Part shown: positions 1-13,339 of the stretch, piece by piece
How the letters are laid out: each line of letters begins with the position of its first letter
How positions within the stretch are numbered: the stretch's first letter is position 1
DNA from: Eledone cirrhosa
Lineage: Eukaryota
Length of the DNA: 64,000 bases
Assembly (NCBI GenBank): GCA_964016885.1
Contig: OZ024741.1
Span: forward strand, 177,320,001 to 177,384,000
Reading direction: 5' to 3'
Program-made: the position numbers and the translations under genes
Notes under the pieces: model-generated
Databases searched by the model: none
What the model was told of the DNA's origin: nothing
Seen by the model: the letters and a program-made list of their open reading frames with translations, nothing else

Positions 1-22
1 TATGTTGTTCTTTTCATATTAA

Positions 23-173
23 CTGTTATTGTGTGTTTTAGCCGTTCAGCTTGTGTTTTGTTCAATAATGAGTGTGTTCTGTTATTAATTCTGGCAATAT
101 TACGCAAATATGACCCTCCCCAAATATAACAATATCTGTTTCGACACACGATTTCATATAAAAAACCTCGCAA

Positions 174-207
<34 letters not shown>

Positions 208-578
208 ATTTGAATGGATACAGTTTAGTTGAAAGGAATTCATTGACACGTGTTTCTATAACAGTTACATAACCTGAAAACAGCTGCGATCTACAAAGTT
301 TTGAGTCTGTTATTGTGTGTTTTAGCCGTTCAGCTTGTGTTTTGTTCAATAATGAGTGTGTTCTGTTATTAATTCTGGCAATATTACGCAAATATGACCC
401 TCCCCAAATATAACAATATCTGTTTCGACACACGATTTCATATAAAAAACCTCGCAAAACTATATATATATATATATATAAAGATTTGAATGGATACAGT
501 TTAGTTGAAAGGAATTCATTGACACGTGTTTCTATAACAGTTACATAACCTGAAAACAGCTGCGATCTACAAAGTTTT
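23..578. repeat. Tandem duplication (units 23-302 and 307-578): 3' end of a (TA)n-abutting repeat + (TA)n + terminal ~97 bp of the Penelope-like element
   Basis: Two essentially identical units starting ctgttattgtgtg and ending ctacaaagtttt, differing in (TA)n length. The first part recurs at 5115-5224. Confidence 0.9.
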
Positions 579-1188
579 AGTTATGCAGACATTCAATATT
601 TCAATGTTATTATTTACTGTCATTTCATCAGAATAATATTACTGAGGACCTATTTAGTTTTTATAGAGAATATTAGGAGGGAGGGGTGAAGTTGTTAGAA
701 GAATAGTTGAAGGAGTAGTTTTTCGATAGCAGTGAGAATTCTTGGTGGCAGTGAGTAATTAGATTCCCATCTGTTGTTTTGACATTTTTTATAGAATATA
801 TTATTGGTTATTTTTCTAAATCTATAGAAGGATTAGAGATAGTAAAGATATGCGTGGTTGGTTTTGTGTTTGCACTTAATTAACATTCAGACTTAAATTT
901 TTCTTTCAAGTGTACGTATCCTTTCACCCACTCATTCACACACAAATATATTTGCACACCTCTACAAAATACATATACTCACAATTCACATATTCATACT
1001 TACATACATATACACATGCATACACATATATATACACACATGTATTCATGTACATACATACGCGCTCATGTGTATACATTTTCATACTCAACTTATCTTT
1101 ATATACACACGTATAGACACACACATATATACATACATACTCTAGTCCATGTGTACACACATACACATACATACACATCTATATACAC

Positions 1189-1254
<66 letters not shown>

Positions 1255-1257
<3 letters not shown>

Positions 1258-1470
1258 GATAAATCTACCAAGAGTTTACGGTAGTGTCCAATCCGTATGA
1301 AGAACTCAATGTAATCCGGATATCATGGAAAGAAGAGATGCAATGAAAAATCACTTTCGGTGAAAGATAAACGGAATAAAGAGTCAAGATAAAATATTAA
1401 AAAAATAATGAATAAAACAATGAAACAGTTCCTTATATTAAACAAAAAAAGTTCATTATTTCATTATTTC

Positions 1471-1480
<10 letters not shown>
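1255..1480 (-). mobile_element. Short 3'-terminal fragment of a related PLE inserted in a (TA)n tract of the PLE1 3' UTR
   Basis: Absent from the 54.4-55.6 kb copy. Shares GTAGAT..AGAGTTT..AATGTAATCCGGA..GAAAGA with the reverse complement of the PLE1 tail (55637-55715). Confidence 0.6.
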
Positions 1481-1530
<50 letters not shown>

Positions 1531-1764
1531 CACTTTAATACATGAATACACTTACATCTAACTATACACATCAAACATATATATATATTTACTTATTTAT
1601 ATACATTTTCACATATATATACATACTTATGGACGTTTTTAGACACATTCATTATCGTATATTTGCACCTATTCTCATCAGCATATCTTTCCATTATTAG
1701 TGTGGTAATTTAAGGTTATTAATATATGTTGAGAAGAGATTGTTTTTATATTTTTCTAACTAGA

Positions 1765-3900
1765 TTAAGGTTTATATAGTTGGTGGATGTCCCTCTTTAA
1801 TGTAATATTCGGCTTGTAGTGGGAAAAAAGGGTTTTAGTTCTGTGACGGCAGAATAATGTTCGTTCAATTCTGTTATTCAGTAGTTTCTTCTTGTGTGTG
1901 ATTATGTAATAAATCTCAAGATTACACAATTTGCAGAAATTTTGGCTCCTGGAAAAGCTTTGGGTTTTAGCTAATTTCTCCCATTTCAGGGTAAACTTTT
2001 GATCGCTATCCCTGAGCGTCCAAGCTTTTTCTGCTAAAGTTGTTACATTTCTTTGGCTCTGGTGTTTTATTGAGTAAGCATGCCTATACAATCGAGATTT
2101 AAACGATGTTGCCGTTGATCCCACGTAATACCACTCGCTGCCTCCGGATTTAATGGTACACTTATAAATAATATTTTTTTCCAGGCAGTTATTGCCGAGG
2201 GGGCAGTTGTCAGGATAGGTGCAGTTACAGTTGTGTACGTTGGGTTTTCTCTGGAGTAGTATTGCGGACGAACTTAGGTGTGGTTTATTTATGTTCTGTA
2301 GTGTATTGGCTACTGTTTTTTTTTTGTGTTCTTTGTACTTAAGTTCTTAGTGTTTTCGTTTAACCTTCTAGTATTGATCTTTTTATGTGTTGTTCAAGGT
2401 TTAACGCTGTAGAGTATGACAGTCTTATAGTGGTAGGGTTTAGGATTTTGTGGTATTTGTGTGATGTGGGAAAATGTCTTTTAATTATTTTAAAGAAGAG
2501 TACTGGTAAATTTGTACTAATGGAACTATTGTATTCGGGGTTATACCATAAGTACTCTTTGAATCGCTTTCTATTAGTTTTGTTTGTTGGTTTACTGGCG
2601 TGCATACTATGGTAGTATGTGTGGTTTGGTGTTGTGTTATTATATCTACCTATGTGGGATTTATTTTGGGTGTTTTGATTGTTCCCATCTATGTACTCTA
2701 TTTTGTTGAGGTAGCCTGCTTTACTAAGGGCGTCATCGTAGTACTCGGCGTGTTCCTTAAATACTTGTATGTTAGAAGATAGACCCGAGATTCTAAGGGA
2801 AATATTTTTAGGGATAGATTTAATTATAGAGATGGGGTGGTTAGACCCAACATTTACGTATTTGAGATTTTCATTCAATTTATGAAACGGTTTAATCAAA
2901 CCAGAGTTTAAATTGAGTGTGACATCCAGGAAGTTAACTACTTTAAGGTTGTATTCATATGTTATAGTTAGTCCTATTTCGAGTAGTAGTTTTCTTATAT
3001 CTTTGCGTAGTTTTTCTAGTTTTTGGTTATTAAGGTTTTTAGCTAGGAGGAGAATATCGTCGCGGTATATTCTGCCGTGGAGATTGCTGAATTTTTCCTG
3101 GAGTCTAAAGGCGATAAATAACCCCACAATATCAGTTATTTCCGCCGAATCGTTAGAGCCCATTGTTATGTCAAAGTTAGAGGGTCTATCTTTACGTACC
3201 CAATAACTGTTCTCAAATTTGACTATAGTTTTCCTAGCTTCTAATATAATCTTAATTTCATCGTTTGTAAGGTCAGAGTTATCCTTAGCAAACTTAATGG
3301 CTCTATTCAAAGTTTCAGGTGATATCGATGAGTAATATTCATCGATATCAAACTGGATAAACTTAGATTTATTCTTATTGCTAATGCTATTAAACCATCT
3401 TATTGCTTCTTGGGTCTTCCCCCAGAGTTTAATGTTAACCTTAGCCTTAATTTGGGGGATGATTCTATCTAAGATATATTTGCTTATTTTACCTATATCT
3501 GATTTAGAGGGGCAGATTAATCTAATTTTAGGGTCATTATCAAAGTTTACCTTGTGGTCCTTAAGATTGAAGGTGGGTACCGCCGGTAAGAATGGTCCTG
3601 TCCTATCTTCGATTCCGATATTTTTCACTATTTCGCATGCCTCATCATTGATGTGCTTAAGGGTTACTTCACTCGTTTTTCTATATTTTTTATGTAATTC
3701 TTTTCGAATGAAGTTGTTGTATGTAGTGCAATCCATAGTGTACAGGTTTGATGTTTTGTCCGCTTTTACTACAATTCCTTTGGTGTTTTTAAGGTCGTCC
3801 AGTAGTTTTTTTATATCTTTCTGTAATTTGCTGTTGGTGTTGCGTCCTTTGAATTTAATTTTAAGGATTAAGTTCATAAGGTCCTGCTCAAATGCATCTA
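1765..3900 (-). pseudogene. PLE reverse transcriptase + C-terminal GIY-YIG endonuclease (disrupted near 2330-2360)
   Basis: Motifs KADKTSNLY, KSDIGKISK, QFDIDEYYSSI, FDITMGSNDSAEI, IYRDD, VNFLDVTLNL, WYNPEY, RHFP; then CNC..CPLGNNCL, IIYKC, YVGST, LCNLE. The N-terminus of ORF 2360..4099 is spurious read-through of (TA)n. Confidence 0.92.
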
Positions 3901-3902
3901 TG

Positions 3903-3957
<55 letters not shown>

Positions 3958-3970
3958 AATATATATATAT

Positions 3971-4140
3971 AACAGAAAGGATTGTGGTAAAATACCAGGT
4001 GGACCATAACGCACCAGAGTACTCGATACTTAGGGTAGTAGAGTGGGTAATATGAAAAGAGTCAGGACACCGACGGCCAAGCTCTGGCGGCTTCGTCAAT
4101 CAGATAGATCCGAACTTTTGGGATCCGGACTCTTTTCATA
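3971..4140 (-). mobile_element. Miniature hairpin+tail element in (TA)n (probable non-autonomous PLE derivative)
   Basis: Hairpin 4051-4140 (TATGAAAAGAGTC...GACTCTTTTCATA) plus tail 3971-4050 homologous to 49875-49953 and 52618-52696. Confidence 0.75.
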
Positions 4141-4172
4141 TATATATATATATATATAAAATGAAAAAATCA

Positions 4173-4672
4173 AACGAAATTTCATTTCTCACTCTTAGTA
4201 CGGCTGTTACTTAAATATAAGTATGTATACGTACATACATATATGTATACAGACGTACAGTAGTATTTATATATATATACATACATGCACACATATATAT
4301 ATATATATATATGTACGTATGGATTCACCGAACATTTATTATAATGCTCGTTTTTTTTGTAAACAAACATCCCGAATTAAGCCGTACAGTGTCTAGCAAC
4401 CATCGTTGCTCATTTGTTCAACACAGACAAAGGAACGATGTACTTGTTTCAAGCTTATGAGCTATCGCCCGCAACGTATAACTTCCTGTCAGATGGTTGA
4501 ACGTCTGAAAGTATATACTTTCCTTATGCATATTAAAGGCTGAGCAGCCTAATTTGCATATCGAGTGAGTTAATCGGCTGGGGTACCGAAAACGATAAAC
4601 GGAAGAAATGAAACGAAATTTCATTTCTCACTCTTAGTACGGCTGTTACTTTAATATAAGTATGTATACGTC
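4173..4672. repeat. ~60 bp direct repeats (4173-4232, ~4611-4671) bounding an unclassified segment next to (TA)n
   Basis: aaacgaaatttcatttctcactcttagtacggctgttactt..aatataagtatgtatacgt occurs twice. Confidence 0.75.
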
Positions 4673-5238
4673 TTATTTAGTCTGACCTAGTCTGACCATC
4701 TTTATTTAGTCTGACCTAAGAGAAGTATAAATAAATAAATAAATAATTAAATAAATACATACACAAGCACAATAACAACAAACACATATAAATACACACT
4801 AGTAAACCAAAACACGAACACACATCAAGCAAAACACTATACACACACGCAAACATATGCGCAAAGAAGACGAAAAAAAAAATAAACAGACTAAATAAAG
4901 ATGGCGTAAGCATACAATACAACGGGAGGAAACATAATAGCACCACTAACGATGTTGCAGATGTGCAACGAAAGATTTTGTTAGACTATATATATGTGTT
5001 TGTTTCTATATTGTACCTGTATTGTTGACCGTTGATCACACAATGGTAACATTGAGGACCGAATAAATTAAATTATCCGATATAAAAGACACAGAAGCGA
5101 AAACCAACCTCACAGTGAGTGTGTTCTGTTATTAATTCTGGCAATATTTTTACACAAATATGACCCTCTCCAAGTATAACAATATTTGTTTCGACACACG
5201 ATTTCATATCAAGAACCCCCAAACCTTATTCATCGCCG

Positions 5239-5330
<92 letters not shown>

Positions 5331-5581
5331 GGAGAGAGAGAGAAATAGATAAATATACACGGGTGTGTATGATTGTGTATAGAAGATTATATTAATAAAA
5401 GGAATTCCAACTTTGTCTGATTTACTCGTTTTATTTACAATCCTTTAAAATTTATAATGGTATTAGAATGAAATAGTATGGTAGAATATTAAATTCTAAG
5501 TGTTAATTGAACAAGTACGTTCATGCTTTCGCAATCTTCAGGTTCATAATGCGTGGTGACAGTCAAGTTTGCAATGTTCAA

Positions 5582-5654
<73 letters not shown>

Positions 5655-5899
5655 TTTGGACAGAAGGCTCCCCTGTTTTTACAAAAGGTAGAGTTTGCTG
5701 GAAATGCTGACGGTTACACGTGGTCACATATATACATGTATAAGGAATGGAGTTGGTATGTATTATGTGAATCTATGTAAAATGAATCTATCCAAATGGA
5801 TCTATCCAAATTGTTTATTCGTGGTTATTTACTTTATGACTTTAAATCGTCGCATTATCAATGAATTTTGGTCCCACACCATCTCTTAACGTAGAGCCA

Positions 5900-6640
5900 A
5901 GGACTAGTTCGCACTCTCACGTTTCGGTCATCAAACAGTAGGAAATCGAACTAGCGCAGGACGTCCATTCGACTTCAATGGCAAACAACTGCGTGGCTAG
6001 GTCTATCGTAAATATCAACCCTCAATTACGTGCATACAATAGGCAGGGCGGTCAAATTCAACCAATTGATGCCCCATAATCTGACTGAACTTACTCATCA
6101 ATGTCGGGTGGCAACTGTGATTTCTCAGCTCTCCTACAATCGCTCAACCAACTAGATACGTTCCATTGTCATTGACGATGACAAATGGTGTCACAGCATT
6201 AACGTCAAGGGCAAGTAATTGTGGATTGATAAAGAGAGTGCGCCACAATGACAAGCAATGGCAGACCTCAACCTCAACAGGCTCTACTGAACTTCAGGTT
6301 CGACTGGAAAGGTGTCATATACTACGCGTGCGCCCGCACTAGAGTCCCATTCGATTCCTTCGTGGTAACGCTCAGTTGCTACATCAAGGATGACCTGTGT
6401 GAAGCTGCCGGAGCTAGGTTGGGCCTTTCCACCCTACACAATGTATTCGCTCGTTCTTGCGTATACAGACTATCATTTCTTCTCTGATTGAGCAATGTAA
6501 TGCAGTAAGAGACCATCGCCAATGACGGTTAAATATGTGGTTGAAGAAATTCAAGGAAACCTGAAGAATTCTAAAGTGATGGAATTATGTGTCTTCCTAA
6601 ATGATGGTAGTCGCAAATCCTGGTGATCATTTTGACTTGT
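5900..6640 (+). pseudogene. Degenerate mariner-family transposase relic
   Basis: Fragments SIVIDDDKWCHSIN (cf. IVTGDEKW), PQQALLNFRFDWKGVIYY (cf. PKKVMLCVWWDWKGVIYY) and a GI..LP..W-like C-terminal remnant. Confidence 0.65.
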
Positions 6641-9600
6641 AACCTTTTCCTAATAATAAAAAATGTCAAATTCAGTAATCATGTGTAAAACAAAGCGAAC
6701 ATCTGCCTAACTTAATATATATACATATATATAATAAAATAAATTGGTCTATATCAAACAACAGGCTTATATGCATGGTGGGTTGTATAATCGTTATAGT
6801 TGCGCGTAGTCCTTGACTGTGCTATGTCTACACAACCGACTATATATAGAGAGAGAGATGGGGGGGGGGGGGGTGAGGGAGCCAGAATGAAAGAGAGAGG
6901 GAAATATAAAGAGGAAGAGAGAGAGAATGATGTGGGAGTAGTGTTATTGACATTAAGCAATGAACTGTTGGCATTTAAGAAGTACAATTCGCTTGGTAAG
7001 CTGCCTAATAACTATTGATTCCTTATTGAAGCTATAAACGCGGCAAACTTTCAGAGTTGTTAAAGTGATAGTCTGGAACTTCATCGCGATCTCACTATTA
7101 GTGTAAATATTACTGCTGCTGGGGACAGCATTGTCTTTCATTTTCTGATGTGTGTAATTAACATCCTAGTCAAATACTTGTTTTATTCTATCATTCACTT
7201 TCTTCCACTCCTTCTCGGAATCATCCAGATTCGGCAAAATGATGTGATCTAGCAGTCCACCCACGTCATTAATTCTCCCAGGAATTTGTGAAGAAGTGCG
7301 TTAGGTCCTATTAGCCTCTTCTCATACAAGAAAAAAATTAAAGGCAATGAAAGTAACCAAGAAAGATGCAGTAAATCATAGAGCATTAAGAATTCAAATT
7401 AATACACTATAACAACCTTAATGCACTTTACAATATCTATATGTTTATGCTGTCAAATGTATAACATAAATTCGAAGGTAATTAACGGTATTTAGAAATG
7501 TATGACTGTTGGTGCGCATAAGGTATTCAGAATCAAATGTCTCTTGCTGGAATTATTGTTTAGCCCTGAATAAGAAAGCGTATCGTTAAAGGCATCTTAA
7601 AAATAAATAATTATATTGTCCAATGTCTCCGTAACACTACAACCTAGTAAGAACTAATTTTGGAGCATTTTAATTGCTTTGGGTACTATGTTCTCTCAGT
7701 ATCTCGCCTCATACTTTTGATTGATAAATGTTTAGCGGTAACAAATTGCTAGGTTGAAATTTCTGTCCGAGTTGAATATCTGTAGCATTTCTAAACTGAG
7801 ATATGTAAAGAGATGTAAATAAAGGAAGAGGAAGCTCCAAAGATTTTCTTTTTCACATTTATAAGATTTTCGTATTGGTGTTCTAAAACATTTGCTATAT
7901 TTTCCATATAATTAATCTCGTTCTCGTCAGATGATGTTAGTGCTAGATTACAAGGCTGATTTGAAGCGAACGCTCAGAATGTATGAGCTTATTTTCAGTA
8001 AAATCGATAACAATGTTAACATACCCTGAAGTTTTCAGCGTAAATTCAAGGAGTGTCAGAATGCTTAATTATGTTGTTTTCGAAAATGAAAATATTTTGA
8101 ACACTTTCACCCTATAAAACTTGCGCATTCTTTTGGTTTCGCAATATCGAATCCAGCAATATATTTTAACAGAAAGGTCTCAGAGTCATTTGAAATTCGG
8201 ATAGCAAATGTTACGAACGCTCCCTTCCAAATTTGATGTTGAAATGAAAAGCTGTCAAGTAAATTAATAACCCACCACCTGCTATATATTTCAATGCTAC
8301 CGTCGATTTCATATTACCCTCTTTATGATTATCATCACCAAAATTACCAGTTGCCGCATCATTATCATCTTCATTATCAACAGTATGTTTTTAGTCTGAG
8401 CTGTCGTATATAATACAATTTTATGGTGGATGTGCATTATAGGTTTCTCTGCCTCCCTTCACCCTGTAGCACTTTATTTACCAAATTAATCAGATGCAGG
8501 TAATTATATATAGGGTATTATGTATATGATTTAGGCGTATCAGAATGTAGATAAAATATATTTCTTGGAATTTACTGTTAAGAGATTGAAATATATACAA
8601 GGATCCATTAAACTCCATTGAACTACAGCTAAATTCTACTGTAAATTACAAAATGATAATGAGATAGAATTTTCCATATCCATTAACTGAGTTAATATAT
8701 CGTTTGAGGAAACCTTTGGTAAATATGTCGGAACTAAATTTATTGGTCTAATGTGACGTAAGGTCTTTTGCTCCGATTCTCGGATTCTCAATGAAGTGTG
8801 ATTAAATTGAAATTCTATAAAAATGTAACTCAGTCATTACCCACACTATAATATCTAAGTGATGAAATTAATATTTGAAAAACATGCACAGAAAAAATGC
8901 TATTATAGCTTATGAAATAACTATATAATTAATGAATGGAAAAGTCACAAGCAAACAGTTTCAAGTAAATACCAATTCAACTATCCTTCCTGTATAGCAT
9001 TTCAAACAAAACTATTGATCTTCCAACTGCTATTATGCTCGTCTTTGAAAATGATGATTCCTCCGAATATGACTGGAAATATATGAAAATGAAAGATATG
9101 AAGAAGGAAAGGCAGGAAAAACAGATGAATCCGCTTCTTCAAGGGAGATCAAGTTATATCTCGGGTTAAAATTTCAATGAAAATGACTATTTCATTTACA
9201 TTTGATTGACTGACGATAATGGTTATCGCTTCTTTGTACCACGGTAATATTAAATGATTCAACACTGCCTCCCAGACTAACAACTAGCTGTAATTGACTC
9301 TTTTGCTAATCTTCTGTATTGGCGTTTGATTACTTGGGCTCAGTAAGAGCATTTACTTGGACATGATGTGTATGAATACGATTTTCGTTAGATGTCGACG
9401 TGAATTTGCAAATTAGTGCATGGATCTGTATATCTTGTATTGATACTGCTGCTGGAGATCGCCATATGTGTTTAAGCGTACTTGTGTGTGTGTGTTTCAA
9501 ATATACATTTATTTTCTCTGTCTAATCATATAGAGAAGCGAGCTCCTTGCATATTTTTCTCTGCGTGTGTATGTCTCTATATGTATAAGAGAGAAGGAGA

Positions 9601-9798
9601 GATGGTGAACTAAAGAGTAAGAGAGATAGAGAGTAAGTGAGATAGATAGAGATTGAGTGAGAAAGAGACAGCCAGAATAATATTTCCTTCAATAGATGTG
9701 TATGTGTATGCGCATGTTATGATGAGTATTAATTTCTATATTTAAGATGTATCCTACAATATGGGAATGTATAATACTACGGAAGTATGTGTGTAATA

Positions 9799-9853
<55 letters not shown>

Positions 9854-11895
9854 TAGTGTGAGAGATAGCAAATACGTGTGGATATACAGTATGTTTCACA
9901 CATTTTATATATACTTATATAAACATGTGTGCGTGTGTTTGTCTGTGTTGATATATATATATACGTGTGTGAGTGTTGATATAGCCATGTACATATGTAG
10001 CTAATGGTATATGCATGCACATATGTATCTTTCTATGTACAGATGCGTGTTTGTTTACGAGAGTGCTAAATTACCTATGGCATTTCTAGCGAGAGAAATC
10101 AAATAAGCACAGAAAGAAATATATAAAAAGAGCAAGGTAAACATAATTTCCAATTAAATCAACTTACACACAGTAACATATCTGTAATGTCAGGAGAAAA
10201 TAGGTTCATTTATAATAAGGGTAGGTGCATACGGATCAACACAAGAAACAAATAAGATTAATGATGTTAAAATCAAAAATATAAGGACTGAAAGAATAAA
10301 AGCGTCAATAACAGAAATGAAAATTACAATAAAACCAAACAAAGTGACCAAAAACAACAAAACAAATCATTTTCGATTATTATTAAGTAAAAGCAATCCC
10401 CACTTTGAGAATTAAAAACATATTTAAAAATTCAAGGAAGTTTTACATGATGCGAGATATCGAAATATATCGGTGGCACTTGTCAGTAAAATGTTCGTGC
10501 ACATGTATATAGGTTCCATAAGTCATTCTGTATGCAGGAGCAGATTCTCTGTAGAAATACATTAAAAGCTATTTTAAATACAATTTCATAAACAATTTGA
10601 AAGAAAACATAATTATAGAATTCATCATTAAAAAGATAAACACGAAATAAAATTAGGTTAAATTCACAAATTAGCTCTGTCAAAAAAATGTTTACATCTA
10701 GCAAAGAAAACAAGATATAAAATATGAAGTAATAATAATAATACAATTTTGGAACACATTTACTAATAACATGCTTTGGCAATCTTAAAAATAACTCAAA
10801 GTTTTAAATAGTAAATCGTACCATGCATCTGTTGTTGTATAATCATTGTTCTCGCTCATAATTGTAGCTTTCTGTCATAGTTACTAATTGCTTTCTATTC
10901 ATTAACTATATCGGCCGATACTTTTAAAATGGGAAAAATTCAGTTGTGTAAATTGAGATCAGTATATTTGCCTCTATGTATTTTATCAATTATGAGAGTG
11001 GGATAGATGAATTAAGCTCCAAGCAAATTTGAAAAGTAAACATAAAAGGAATAAGTTTAATAATTAAAAGCTTCAATGGCTCCGATTTCTCCCTATTGAC
11101 TGGCGAATTGCTAGAAAGTCCTCACACATATTGATGGAGGAATCGGTAAGGTATCACATCCAGCTACCTAGTTTTAGAATTTATGAACGCATTTCAGAAT
11201 ATATCTCATTTCTATTAACCTTTCCATTACAATATTTCTAAAAGAAAACAAGATATAGCCTAGGTCTTAGAAGAATATTCAAAATAATCAGGAATTTGAC
11301 GGATAAAATGCATCAAATTATGACTACCAGCTTTTAGATTAAAAAAAAACACATTGAAAGAGATAGTTTAGTGTTTTAGACTCTTGAGCGGATTAAGACG
11401 GTTTGGTATGGAAAATGTTAAGGTATTCAATAATGTGATCCTTATTATTGATTCTTTTCCTCACCATCTTCTTCATATTAATCGAAAATAATCAATATTA
11501 TGCACTTCCTACTATGCCAACTCCATGGTTAGCCTTACTTACTTCGAATAAATGTATTAGGCTTGGTATGCAATCTTTCCCTTTAATTTTATAGTTTCAA
11601 TTGGTTATCTAATATAACGTAATATTCCGAATATGATAGTGGTGTTGTTAATGTAGTCTTCGTGGTGGTATCTAATTCAAAGCCGGCTGGCTGGGATTGA
11701 TTTTCAGAGCTTTCATCTATAAAGTTAATGAACACAATTAATGCTAATATACATGCCAGTTTTTTTTTGTTGCCAGGAGGGGGTGGGATCTATGGTGTTT
11801 CCATCGTCACTTCTGGATCAACAATGCATTTTTTAGTAGACATTAATATGTTCTGTAAATATATTCTAACTGATCTATTGTACCACCGGCTAAAA

Positions 11896-13044
11896 TCTTT
11901 ATATATATATAAAAGCGAGGATGTGTGTGTGACCAACTGAATTTGACAACACTTTCTGTGCACGTTGCACAGGTCGCTAAGATTGTCACATCACAAACAT
12001 CTTTCAAATCGACCCAGGTTGAGCAATAACAAATTGATATCAAAATTATCGGTAGGAAAATTGATGTAAGGGAGATAATAAACTTTATTGACAATCCTTA
12101 TAAAAAAGGGAGATAACCAACATTTCAGAAATCGGTTTACCTCCTAATACATTGGTTTTGAAAGAGGGAACACCAGTTATTTTGCTGAGAAATATCACTC
12201 CTCCAAAACTATGCAATGGTACACGCCTTGTGGTTAAAAAACTGTCTGCACTTAGTATTGACGCTACCATTCTATCCGGATGTGGAAAAGGCGAGGATGT
12301 GATAATAACAAAAATTAGCCTGACTACATCAGGCGTGGATACTCCCTTCTCCTTTCGCCGAACCCAATCTCCCCTTCGCGTTGCCTTTGCGATGTCCATA
12401 AACAAGTCGCAAGGTCAAACTCTTTCCGTCGATGGAATTCACTTGGATGAACCTTGCTGTTCGCACGGACAATTCTACGTTGCCTGCTCATGAATTGGCA
12501 GTCGAGATAATCTCTTTGCGTTTGTTCCGAAAAGAAAAACAAAGAATATCGTCTATCCTGAAGTGCTTTAGTGTTAACAAAAAACATTTATTACAGCTCT
12601 GCCTTGACTTCACCTTACTCATTACAAAACATACCAATGAATATGTCATGCAGGATATTTTGGATTATAAGTTAAAATACACAGCAAAGGATGCTCTCAA
12701 AGAATAGATTGTCTCTTATTCTACTCCCATTGTTTCTTTGTTTGTATACAACGCTGCTTTAATTACAACTTTTTGTACTTTAGCAAAACTGCCTGTTTTT
12801 TTATAGATTTGCAACGTGTATTGTCTTTAATCATATGTATAACTACATCCCTTTCAGTGTTTTCCTTCATTATCAGCATAGTGTTATGTGTACAAAGATT
12901 GCACTAAATAATCGTTTGCATTAAGTATTGAAGGCTTCTGCTTATTTTGACAGGTTGGGGATAAATAATGTTCTTCTTTTACTTCCTACCTGTATATTCT
13001 TAGTTTAATTTCAAACCCAGAGCAACGCCGGGTAAATCTGCTAG
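11896..13044 (+). mobile_element. Internally deleted Helitron
   Basis: A|TC 5' end (TCTTTATATATATATAAAAGCG..GTGTGTG), subterminal hairpin ACCCAGAGCAACGCCGGGT, 3' CTAG|T, internal helicase fragment. Confidence 0.9.
12130..12570 (+). pseudogene. Helitron PIF1-type helicase C-terminal fragment
   Basis: GLPPNTLVLKEGTPVILLRNI..LCNGTRL, AFAMSINKSQGQTL, SHGQFYVACS*, KNIVYPEVL. Confidence 0.92.
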
Positions 13045-13339
13045 TCATCTATAAAGAGAGAGTTAAAATATCCGCGAGGTCAAATTTACCATTCCCCGAA
13101 AAATGTTCGAGAAATTAACGTACAAGTAAAATACTAAATTCGATATAATTGACTTCTTCTCCAAAACTGTTGCCGTTTGCCAATACTCGACAGAATGGTT
13201 ATTAGTATTATTGTTATTATTATTGCAATTTTTATTAATATTTTTCATATTGCGATTTGTTAATGAATTACCGAGTAAACCTCTGCGAGATTTGTCCATG
13301 CACAGTGAAGATTTGTGGTGTTATTATTTCTATTTTCTA

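Larger units (their letters stand above)
480..3900 (-). mobile_element. Penelope-like retroelement PLE1, 5'-truncated, tail-less long arm, bounded by (TA)n
   Basis: RT plus GIY-YIG coding region followed by a ~1.3 kb 3' UTR. Positions 480-1905 are the reverse complement of 54424-55636. Confidence 0.92.

Noticed and set aside
3985-4050. Twister-ribozyme resemblance of the miniature tail (TAACGC..GTAGTAGAGTG)
   Set aside because: Lacks the conserved GGU.../AAGC P4 loop and P2 pairing.
3901-4099. N-terminal extension of the 579-aa ORF, and the shared peptide [18 protein letters not shown] at 49.9 kb
   Set aside because: Chance read-through of the non-coding tail and (TA)n; the homology is at the DNA level.
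6950-11850. Possible host exons or MITE relics in the AT-rich interval
   Set aside because: Only short ORFs without recognisable motifs; no convincing splice pattern or terminal repeats by eye. Small exons cannot be excluded.
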